NCBI GenBank assembly: GCA_000708835.1
Contig: DF236963.1
Location: 248,001-312,000, forward strand
Direction of reading: 5' to 3'
DNA length: 64,000 nucleotides
Source of the DNA: Klebsormidium nitens
Lineage: Eukaryota; Plantae; Klebsormidiophyceae
The notes beneath the pieces were generated by a model. The model did no database searches, was not told the DNA's origin, and worked only from the letters and a program-made list of their open reading frames with translations. The first letter of the stretch is position 1. Every line of letters starts with the position of its first letter. Shown piece by piece: positions 49,501-61,016 of the stretch. The position numbers and the translations under genes were made by a program.

Positions 49501-50185
49501 AACAAACTTTGTTTTCTTTATCGCGCCCTTTAATACAATTTCTGGAAGAGCTTGCCAGCCTCCAAGTGTATCGAACCAAATGTGACAGATGCTTTCCTGC
49601 ACCCTGAGTATACTCGACCTGTTACAATTCAGGCTTGAGCTATGTGCCTACAGCCAGACCTGTCGCATGCAGACATGATCAGAACTCTGGTCAAAAGTCA
49701 ATCACTGCCTCTCACCTCGGGCCCTTATGCCAGTCCAGCTGTGCGGTATACTCATGGGGCACAAACGACTCCAAATGGCAGCCCGTCATTGTCTCCGCTT
49801 CTGACACCACCTCAGCCGCCAATTTTGCAGCTCGCTCTGGCGCCCCTGATCTGGTGGACTGATTTGAGTGCCTCGGCCCGCGCATGTCTTCTGGCGGATC
49901 AGTGCCGTCAGCATCTGAGTTTCGGGGAGGGAAGGAGGCCAGGCTCAGGCTAGATGGGAATCTCATCGTGTCTGAATGGGGCGGTCGGGTCAATCACAGC
50001 AAAGAGGCAATTGGCAACACGACAACTAAACAGCTAAACCCCAACACGGCAGCTGGCAACAGAAGACCTTGACTAGTGTTGGCTTCTGCAGCTAGCAAAA
50101 GCGCACAAGTTGGAAATGAAAGCAGCAAGAAGCAAGGACTGCCGGAGTGGCGTCTCATGCTGGCACCAGCTAGATCTGCCGCCAT
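46523..50185 (-). CDS. Plant-type phospholipase A2 family protein (At4g29070-like)
   Basis: Exons ~50185-50069, ~49972-49717 (DWHKGPR), ~47891-47718 (FPRYGRYCGPNYSSG..PVDWLDNCCYRHDMAYD = Ca-binding loop and catalytic His-Asp), ~47236-47121 (ADVQLLRCL) and ~46650-46523 (GLQHFLIPYR). The start codon is uncertain. Confidence 0.88.
48972..49082. repeat. Perfect 52-bp tandem duplication inside the long PLA2 intron
   Basis: agggaagtctactggaaaggttttctagtgagctgattgtagaagtcaacca x2, plus a partial third start. Confidence 0.95.
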
Positions 50186-53100
50186 GGGGCTCGAGAGCTT
50201 CGCGGCGTAGAATCTGTGCCGTCCACGTTTGCCTTGGAAGCTTTTCCGCCGTCCGATCGGTTGAGAGGGAATGCCCAAACAAAGACCATCAAATATCTCT
50301 GGCGTGTGCTCGAATTTGTATCTCGGGAATCAGAAGCGTCGAATTGAAGAATCTTTTCGCAGGCGCTAGGACTAGGACTATGGTGCCGCAACCGTGCAAC
50401 CGAAATGCGCTTTTGACTTGAAAAGCGGTTGACTGTGCGAAAAGAATATTCTCCTCTTTTGATGGTTCAAAAACGCGCTTCAAATGGGGTTCAAATGAGC
50501 AAGGTACACTTTACCACTGCCGGTTTTAGCGGCTCTGCCGTGACGGCAGCCACCTCAACGACTGTGCATTCCAGACCTGTTGTGAACGGCCCGGCCCCGT
50601 GACACGTCCCGTCCCGGTCGATGTGAAAACCCTGTACGTGAAAACGTACGAAGAGTGACGTTGTCGTACACCGCGCTTGGCGTCAGCTAGCTGTCACTGG
50701 TGATTGGCCGGACATTCGGCCCGGTCCGAAACTTTTTGGAGCCTTGCTAAACCCTCAAATCTTGAATGCCATGCAGGCAACCGTGACCGTCACGACTGAG
50801 CGGCCGCGCGCGGGCAATTGAAATCAACGTATACATGCATATACAGGCGCGGCTCACAGCAGATTTACGTGCACATGATGCAATCGACCGTTGTGATGGA
50901 AGGCTTAACGTATGCGAGCATACGTAGCCGGATACTAAGTACTATTGGTGGTTCAAGAGGCATGTCGGCGATCTGCTCCAAGTCACCATTTTTCTACTGC
51001 AAGTGTTTGGATTTGAGTTTGTGCACGTGAAATCGAATCAGCTTTTCACACACGGAGTTCGCTGACACTGTCTTCCGCGAACGGACGAGCTGCAAATGAT
51101 TCTGGAAGGAACATCATAAAATCTTATCTAGATGGATGTGCAGATTAAAGTAACTTGAACAGCTTTGAGTGCACCAAAGGACGTCCCAAAGTTAAACGGT
51201 TCCGGCACTACAGGCGCAACGTACATCAGCAGGATTCAAGGTAAGGGGCTACCTTTGATAGCCACGCGCTTACCTTCAATGTCGACGTAAGAATCCAGTG
51301 CATGCATTGATTTAAAGGAAGTCCTGAGGCGGTATTCCAGCCCTCTACTACTTAAGGCAAACTCACTGATCCACTAAGGGAAACAACAAGCTAACGGCCA
51401 GCTTTGTATTTTAAGGTCCAACTTTCTGACTTCTTACTCAATGGTTTGAAACATTGAAAGGACCCGATCGCTGCTCTCAGCTCGATCCAATCCTGCTTGC
51501 AGATCTGGATATAGTGTAAAACCAAGTAAAATTGAATATATCACGAGCTCCGACTCGAATGCATCATCTTATCCATAACCTCGGCCAGTCAGCCAGCACG
51601 GCGCTCGAGATCCGTCTCTAGGTGATTACACACATGGTAGACCGCCCAGAAGGGCGGCGGGGGCTTGCCTCTTTTATTGGGCGATTTCGGGCAGAAATAT
51701 TAAAGTGCACATTGTGGCATCGTGTGGCGATGCTCTGATTACCCCCTGTGAGTTTCCGCCATACTAAAGCAAGTGCTGAAGTCTGTGCGCGAGCGTGCAC
51801 ACGCGGTACACGGAAGTCCGTACACCGTCCTGTGGTCTGAACAACTGCAGTACGTACCGGAATCTCAGTCGCTCTTCCCTCCGGACACTTTGACCCATCG
51901 TTGCAATTCGAAAGCAGCAATTCTGAATGAGTCCATCGCATATAAGGGTGATTTGAATTCTAATTTATTGGGTTGACGACCGGGATACGCCACAGTGTCA
52001 GGTGCATAATTGAAGTACGAACCACTACGTGGCAGCTTCACAGCGTTCGGCATGCAACGTGGCAGGCCTGTATTCAATCTGTTCGGAGAAATCGAGGTCA
52101 AGCGTTACAATGTTACGTTTTTGCGCGTCGGGACACTCGCGTCCGCGTTCGATTCGTAGCAACATTCCACGAAGGCGCGCGGGGCAGTCTGGGCTCGGTG
52201 GCTTTTGAGGTGTGGACCTTTTTCGGGTTTTTGCGTACGTTTTCGTATCGAAGTGCGGGCGACTGAAAACAGGGCAGACTCGGCTCCCCTATTTTCCGCA
52301 GAGCGGCGTCGTACAGCGTCGCAAAAACGCGGTTGACACGAAAGCAATAGTCCGCATATTTTACTGCGTAAAAGAGGCAAGCCAATATGCGAATGATTGA
52401 TCAGTCGATCTTCGTTGCCCGGTATGCCAGCAGGCTTTGTTAACGTGACAATCGCTAGCGAGAATTCAGAACTGTATGTTCCCGAAAATAAGCACAATTT
52501 CGAGCACAATTTTGTCGTTCACTTTTCATTTTGGCAAAGACTGAGCAAAGGGGTCAAGCTTTCCATTCTTGCTGAGACCGGCCAGAACCCTCGGATATAT
52601 ATAGCACGAAGTATATCATCGTCCGTATCGTGGACGCAACTCAGCATACGACGGCCTTCTTCCATACTCTGCCATAATGAGCAAATGAAGTTTGATATAT
52701 CCTAGGTTTCATCTATCTTAGTCAGGTTCTGCTAAGCAAATTCAATATACCCTTCACTTAGCGGACAAATGCCGCACATAGTGACAACCAGCCAGGCCGG
52801 CCAAAGTCTACACAAACCTTATCTTGCCAATCGCTTATAAACCATTCCTGAGCCTTATCGCAAACACCTGTGTCCTTATCACAATCACCTGTATGTACAG
52901 AGTCTGACCAGAACCGAAAGGCAACAAACAACCTCCAGAACTCTGTGTTGAATTGTCCGCGTTTGGGAAACAGGTTCCGGAAGATTGATGACCTTACCAC
53001 GTGCAAGAAGCACCACTTACGGGTATTCTAGTACGTCCGCACTTTCGCGGCAACTTGAAAAACAACCAACACCGATTTGACCGATATTCCACAATCGTTC

Positions 53101-54057
53101 GCACCAGAATGACTTCTCTATACGCTATTTAAACCCACTTCTCTGTTTGCTGATTAAACCCCAAATGCAATTTTCCATGACGAGAATGAATCACCTAAAG
53201 TTCTCAGGTACCACATACTTCGTCGCCTCGTTTAGTTTCCGCCTCCCAATACTGGTTAACGGCCCGTTCAAACATGCTTGGAGCAGGTCTTCGCAACCTG
53301 CGCGGTGAAACTTGCAAATTTTTAGCAGTTCGCAACATCTTAGAGCGGCAGGCACGGATACACATGACCGTTGTAAGTGCTCGGAATCTGGTCAATGTCA
53401 CAAGAGCGCACGTCCACCCAGGACAATCAAGAATTTGTTGAAGTCAGATCAAGGGAAAACGAACCGGAAACGGAAGGAACGTCCATGTTCCGAACACATT
53501 GAAACCCTTCAGTATATTTCGGCCGAGATAAGCGTTATCGGCAAAGCAAACTCTTGTCAAGAGAAAAGGTTGGCATCTTACAGTAGGAAGCCTACATCTT
53601 GCAATCTTACGATAGGAATCTTACGATAGGAAGCAAAATGTGCTTTCAACTCCGAGCTCGATGCACTCCGAAAAGAAGGACCTCGAGGATGCGTAAGCTC
53701 GGACATCTCGACAGCTTCGAAACTCCTAGCAAGATTGAAAAGATCTGAAGTCGAGACCAAGTCGAGACCGAGGAGTCCTTTGTGGCTCTGCCAAAAAGCT
53801 TCTGCACAACTAAGATGCAATTTGGGCGGCTTGGAGTCAACACGCCATCATCGTTACAGTGGCTGACTAGAAGCACTTTCTGAACGCGGGTTAGTATTGA
53901 CCAGAATTCTTCGGTATGTCTTTGCATACTTTGGAGCAATCGACTGGCCAGACTCGCCAACACATGCACATGGAACAATTTCAAAACCGTACGGAAAGCA
54001 ATGTTCACGGTGTTCTGACCCTTTACCTTCATGTCACGTGACTTTCGATAGTCATCA

Positions 54058-57000
54058 TCACTCCGAGTCTCCAGTCCGCGGCCGCCCTCCGCCGCTCGGC
54101 CCCCTGGAGAAGCACAGCAATGTCGACACCATGCTGACAGCTGTCAGAGTGAGCGGGTTCCACATCGCGCGGGGGAGGGGCCCATTCACACCGCGAAGCC
54201 GCTGCTGTACCTCCAAGAACCGGTGGTGCGCCGGGTTAATTACCGGGTCAAGCCTGGTTAACCCGTCTCTCGAGCACTGCTTGCAGACGAAACCCTCGTC
54301 GCCGAAACCCCGGTGGGGCGCCCGGTGCATCGCCTGAAAGGCGCGCGCGCGGGCGCGCTCGGGGAAGCGCCGGTAGGGCGCCACGTGGCCCTTGCACGAG
54401 TGCGCGCGCGGCTGGCGCGCGGCCCACGTGGCGTCGATCTGGTCCAGCACGTCGTTAGGGATAACCCGCATGGTTTGCGTGCGGGTCTCCTCCGGAAAGG
54501 CCCCGTCGTAGCAGCAGGGAGGCGCGGCGGCGCCCGCCAAAACGCCCAACATCTCGTCCAACAGGGCCTCGCATTTTTCACTTCCCAGCTCCAACGGCTG
54601 CTTTGGTGCGGTTTTGGGGGGGCTGAGGTGGGGCAATCCGACCCCCCAGGAAGAGAGACACGCCGCCGGAGAAGTGCACCGAGGGGCGCAGGGAAGCCGT
54701 CGGGCGGCCTCGGTCGCGATCGCGTCGGCACAAAGCGCCTGCAGCGTGGCCGGGCGGGGTTTGGGGTTTGGGGCGCGCGTCTCGAGCGCGCGGGCGGCCG
54801 CGCGGACCTTTTGGCGCTGCCGGGACGTCTCGACGCGTGCTTCGCGGGCCGCTGCAGGTGAAGAGACGAGCTTGACATCGTTACTGCATAAATGAAGCGA
54901 CATGGCTTCCCAGACTCCAATATTACAGCGACCGATTTGTGAAGAGTTGCACATTTGAGGGTCTAACAGACTGGATCAACCGTTCGCATCAGGTCCTTTT
55001 GCTCGATACCGTGACCGGTTAGGCGAAGCTTTGGCGCCGTTTAAGCGGGTTTTGTTAGACAACCTCCATCGACCGGACCCGGGAAGTGAGATAGTGATGG
55101 CAAACTGGAAGGCTCGTTCTTTCTCAAAGGAAGGATTGAGCGCTTGAACTAAAGTTATAATTGTCATTGTTGATTGTTTAACATTGTTCAAAAGGGCAAA
55201 CGAAAAGAAGCGAGACGAAAATGAGAACGAGAGAAGACGAGAAATGAAGCGTACAACGACAGCGACAACGAGAAGAAGAAAGGAAGTCAATTCAAAACAA
55301 GAGGCGAACGCCCTATCACGAACGAGGACGACGAACCAAACGAGATAATCCTTGAATACGAAGCAAGAATGAAGATTAAGCGAGACTAAGTTTGATCACG
55401 AGAACGAAAAGTAGAACGATGACGAGAACGAGATTGTGAATGAGACGGTAACCCACTGGCTTCTTCGGCGGCTCTGACTTCGGCTCGCTCCTGCGCGGTC
55501 GCTGGAGGAGGCGCCGGCGGGGTTTGGAGAGGGTTTGCGGTTGCGGCCGCGTGACACGGAAAGGCGATTGGGTCCGCGCGAGCGGCCAACGCGTTGACGT
55601 CAGACAGAGCAAAGACTTCGGTCCTGCAAAGGGGGATAACCACGTTGGACACAGGAGCGTCAAAGAGTGAAACCGGAAGCTCTGAGACTGAGTATTTCGA
55701 GGAGCGTCTACTGATCCGCAAGAGCAGGCTTGGAAAAGTCGATCTGAGAGGAAAAGCCGATGGACGGAGTGAAAAGATTACAGTTAGCAACTGACTCGCA
55801 CCAGGAACGCAAAGACAGACAGGGCAAAGAGCGGAACCGAGGCGACTGGTCCTGCACTGCACCAAGCTCAGACTTTCTGGGCTGCAAGAGCGGGCCGAGA
55901 AGTGGGCAGACAAGTGCAACGGGGATGCTTCGTACATGGTGAAGAAAAGAACAAGTGTTTGAGTCCGTGCAGTTTCTGCAGATGAAGAGCTACTTCATGC
56001 ATGCTAATTGCCAGCGAGAGTCGACGTTTGCAAGAACCTCCACTCTAAGACAGCGTCGCCAGAGCACAAAGGTTCAAGGTCAATCTTGCCACAACGTCGC
56101 TAGAGATGCCGTGCGAAATCAAGCAGAAGTCCTTACCTGCCCACTCTAGTTCTGCTCGCCTTCACCGCCCCGTTCGGCTCCACGCTCAGATACCGCTCCC
56201 TTCCGGACACTTTCCCAGCGGTCCGAATCGAGAACCCGACGATCCGTTCGTCTGAAACCCTGGACCCCAAACCGTCTTCTTCTCCCCGCCGAGAAAGATG
56301 CGCGAGCAGCTCTTTCGCCGGGTTCCTTGCACCTCGTTCCTGCCCCGCGGAACGGAGTGCTTTTGCGGCGACCGGCTCTAGGGAGAATAGCGAGCAGGTC
56401 GCCGGAAACTGCACCGCCGGCTCGTTCGACTGCTGCAGCCGTCCGAAATCGTCAACGAATAAATACGTCTCGCCCCGACCAGTTTCTACCGGGGCCAGAA
56501 CAAGAGTGCAAAGCCCGTCGCCGTGCGATCGGACCTCCCAGCAATCGGGCGGCCGAGACGTCGTGACGTTGACTGGCGTTCGCTCGGAGCCGTCGAATTT
56601 CGGAGCGCCCGCGAGAAAGCGCCCGTTCACACCCTGGATAAAGACCCTGGACCCAGACACGAGCTCCAGTGTGAATTGCTCCCAGGTCTGGGGCTGAGGC
56701 CGGTCGCACACGACCCGGCCATTCGACTCAACACCAACGTAGCTTCTCACAAATTCCCCGGGGGCCTTTCCCTGCTCCGACTTCACCACCTCCACAAGAA
56801 AGCGCCCATTCCCGTTTTCATCCGTGCACGATCCCCGGTCGCTCGGCCCCTCCTCACGGTCCTGCTTCGAGAGCTCGAGGGAGGGATCCCTGGGCAAGGT
56901 TTGGTGTAGGATTGCGACACGTGGCCACTTTGGGCACGTCAGATGAACCAGAAAGTGCTCTCTCCCCCGAGCATTCTCCCGGGGAACGATTGATAGGCCG

Positions 57001-60000
57001 CCGGATGGGTCGGCGCTAAGAATCTCGTCTTCGGACGCAGCAGAGATGGTGTTCCAATCGTTACTAGAGGAGGCATCGATCTGCGAAGGAGAAGAGACGG
57101 CTCGTGCTTCAGAGAAGGTTTCCAAGAAGCGTTGGCGAAGGATGCGTAAATCAATCTTCCGTCGAGAGTCCTCGACAGCGTTCAAAAGATTCCGGCTGAT
57201 AAGGAAACCTTGCTTTTGGAAGGGTTCGCAGGTCCGAATCGAAACCCCGGAAACTGGAGGCCAAGAAAGGCTGTCTCGGGAGTCTGCACTTTCTTGTGGG
57301 CAAGGCTTGGCGTGGACGGAACCTGGGCGTGTCGAGCCCTCTTCATTTTCATGATCAGTCAGCGGAATTGACGGAATCTCCCGGTCCGGATCCGGGTCAC
57401 AAACAGCTACCCCTCAGCAACTTAGTAGGGATTGAAAGCACGCAAGACTGTCAGCGACTGTCCTCAACCAAACAAGTAAGACTCCAAGTCCAGAGCTCGC
57501 ACTTTTCGAGAATTTTGAACGCCTTTTCTCTTTCCAATCAAAAGAGAGTGAAGTATGAGAACGCACAAGCACTTGATGTCGTGGCTTTGCCGCCATTTCG
57601 TTCGTCTAAAGTCAAACGCACTCTGACCTCAGCCCCTTCAGAAGTGCAGAGCGAAAAGTAACTCACCTCCGAATCTGCTGAATCTCTCTGCGGAATCGGC
57701 CCGACTTGTAGAAGGAACTCCTCGCAGCAGCAGGGCACCTCGGCGTGCGCCGAAACGGTGGCGTGGGACGTGCAGAGGTAGCGGCCGTTGTGGCCACGCA
57801 GGTTGACGCGCACAGGCAGGGGCATCGGCCTGGGAGAGGCAACCAAAGAACTTGTTTAGAGCATTGCCCACTCTGGCTAGAAGAGTATTCAGAGACGAGT
57901 CAATCGCTAAGGTGTTATAGAGCACATATGCCTGACGACAGGAAATCTGCAGAAGTGATTCTTGTGCGAACTGCCAAGCATGTCTTACTTGTCTTTGAGG
58001 TGATTAGATTTTAGGAAGATAACCTGTAATACCTGTAGTCTGCAGAATGCGCAGAGACAAGGTTTCAGAAGAAAAGCTCAGGTGTTTATTGCAGTGGTAT
58101 TAGGAGCTCAAGAATCCCCACTGCATCATAAAGCGTTGCTCTGTGAATTGTACAGGCTGAAGATTCAAAGCTGGGGCTGATGAAGAAGACAAGATTCTGA
58201 GAAGAGATGCGCTGAGAGTATATTAGTGAGGACCTTGGAAGAGTAAGTATCGAGTTGTATCGGCAGACACTAGCCCAATTGCTGAGCACCAGGATGTTGA
58301 ATGCAAACAGAAAGCACAATTCCATTCATTCCCTCGAGCTCATGCCTTTACAAGATCCATCCACAATTCGGATTTATAGTAAATCGCCTCTGTGGAAAGA
58401 TGATCTGATGGCCTGCCGAAGTCTTATTCACACCTGCTAGGGGAAGGCCCTGGTTGAGACGTTGGCAGCATTGTGAACCACTCCCACTTGCGAGGCCGAG
58501 TGGGCCCTGTGTAAATACGCCCCTGGGGGTCAGCCGAGAGGAACAAGTTCTCGCTTCCCCCTTGGAAGCAGACCCCTGGAAAAGGAGACAAACCAGTCAG
58601 AATTCTTATCAGAATCGACAAGTGTTATGGAAACATACAAGTTTAGGAGAAGCAGAGACTTGTGGATTAAAATTGTCCTGCAGCTCGGTAACCAAAGCTT
58701 CTGCAATAGAGGAAGGTTTTACAAAATGAACAGGTGAAGCAGGCGATCCAAGTAAAGCCTGTGGGCCAGCAAAAAGGGTCCTGGTACCTTCCCCTCAATA
58801 ACAGCTTTTGAAAGAAGGGCAGAGACTGGGGGTCTGTCTGGAATCACAAAAGCATTGGCATGAGCATGAAAGCCGCAAAATCCTATAGTACCCCTCCAAA
58901 TTCTTCATCACTGTAAGACCTCGGCACTACAGAAGAAGTGAGGGGCCAATGCAGGGATGCGTAAGTCTCTGAGAGCCAACAGAATCGTGCCCTGCAGTTG
59001 AGAAACTCAAGCAGGAAGTCCTAGCCGTTGCATTCAGCTTCAACATCAGAAGATTTCCATGGTCGAAGGTCGAGGATTCTGAGAAACCTCCGCAGATGTT
59101 GCATTGAGCTGAGCTCAAACCAAGTCATGAAGGCAACCATCGATTTCAACAAGGGATAGACAAAGGTCTTGAAGGCTTCCAGTCAACTTCCAAAGTTTCA
59201 GAGTTTGGGACAGCTAACAGACATACACAGTCAGATCTGATGCAAATGAACAGTAGCTTTAATTAGCTGGCCCACATTCAAATCAGGTCAGTCCCTGCCA
59301 AATCCTAAACCTTCTGTCTATGCACCAAACCTCAATTGGGTTCCTGAGGTCGTGCTAGGGATGCAGCATGGAGGCTCAGAAATCCAATGTGGTGCAAAAA
59401 GGCTATCGTGGTCTTCTCATGATTGCTGCCCAGTTGATTGATCAATACAGACCCCTTAATACTGATTGCTTTCAAGAGCCCAACGGAAATGGGAACGGGA
59501 CAGTCACTTAGGCCTCGAAGAAACCCTCGATGCACGTCCTGAGTTGCTCATGATAGATGTAAGAGAACAATCAGTAGAGCGGAAAGTCTTACTGTTCCTG
59601 TCGGCAAACTGGATTGCGAACGCTGTGTCCAGCCCACTGCGCTGCTTCAAACCGACCCTCCTGCCCACAAAACCCAGAAACAAACCGTGGCCCAAACCCT
59701 GTCCCAAACCGTCACAGATCTGCAGATCATACTTCCCGTCTTGCCTTGGTTTCACAGCCAGAAGGCAGCTGCTTTCCTCTTCGAGCTCACAGGCAATCAG
59801 TGCTTGCGTCAGATTGAGACTGCTCTGGCACTCCTTGCTGCCGCCCCTATGTGCGTTAATCTGACTACGTCCAGCTGTGTCAAGACCTGAGTCACCGGTG
59901 TCAGAGCTGAAGCCATCGCCCAGCTCAGCGATGGAAACCCACTGGTCGCACCAGGACTTTAATCGCACACACAGATCTTCGTGCTGTTGCTCATGATTGG

Positions 60001-60016
60001 CTTTGTGACGATCCAT
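54058..60016 (-). CDS. Multi-exon fascin-like (beta-trefoil) repeat protein with unknown C-terminal domain
   Basis: Repeated fascin-type units: VRLKSWCDQWVSI; GGSENLFLSADPQGRIYTGPTRPRKWEWF; VNLRGHNGRYLCTSH..CEEFLL; SYVGVESNGRVVCDRPQPQTWEQFTLE..FIQGVNGRFL; RYLSVEPNGAVKASR. Final exon ~54854-54058. The 5' end and several junctions are unresolved. Confidence 0.6.
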
Positions 60017-61016
60017 GACTCGGATGCTTCAAATTTCTGAGGGGTTTGTTGCATTCTGCAGCGGATTATGTTAGAAGCATTGCAAATTGGATGACTCAAG
60101 CTCAAATGCCACAAGCTGAGCCTGGTTCAATCAGCTCAGAGGCGATCAGCTTGCCCATCGCTTGAGCAGACTTGTCGTTCAAAACCTTTGCACGGCTTTA
60201 CGGCGCCCTCTCTCGCTGTGTACTGCACACTCATACTCTCAGAAGGAGAACCAAGCAGAGATGTTGGCAAGGAACTTGGGGAGAAAGCAGCTGTCCAAAC
60301 AGAGCTCAGATCGATGCGCAGTTGCCCTCCCCCTTCTCTAATATTGATTACAACACTGTCAACAGCTCTCCTTCTCCAGGTAAATTCGCCCTCAGGAACC
60401 GTAATGGCGGGTGCACGGCGTGCACGGCGTGCACGAGATCTGTCTGAGCTGATTGTTTTGTTCCATGTGGCTCATGTGAACCACATGTTTCTCTGACAAC
60501 CAATCCGACGCCCGCTTTTCGCTCGTGTCTGAACCGCCCTACCGTCTTAGGTGAACCGGTATTTGACGTCTGGGCGCTCCTTTACGTTCAAAAAGCGTTT
60601 TGGGGGGATGTGTACGTGACTTCGACTACGGTGTCGAGCTGACGTCTCTCAACCACCCCTTAGGATACCGATAACGGTATGGAGCTCCGGTCAAAGCCTG
60701 GCAACTTAATTTGCAGTTAAGCCATTACCGGATCTCAGCCCACCTAGTCCTAGTGTGCATCTGCGAACCATGATACCATCTCTAGATACGAACGCAGCGC
60801 AATGCAGACGTCCTGCTCAAAATTGAACGTGAAGTTGAACTTGAAGTTGTAGCGCGCTTCAATATTGACATCCAATGAAGGGCCTTCCAATCTGGAACAC
60901 GTACATATTAGTCGTCTCCAATATCATATTGAAAGTGTTTATAAGATCCCATTTGTCGAACAGGATGATAGCAAATTTGAGCTTCATGCCCTGATGACTG
61001 AACCAAACGCTCCGGA

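Noticed and set aside
53580-53635. Short duplication atcttacgataggaa x2
   Set aside because: Too short and context-free to interpret; counted only as background duplication.
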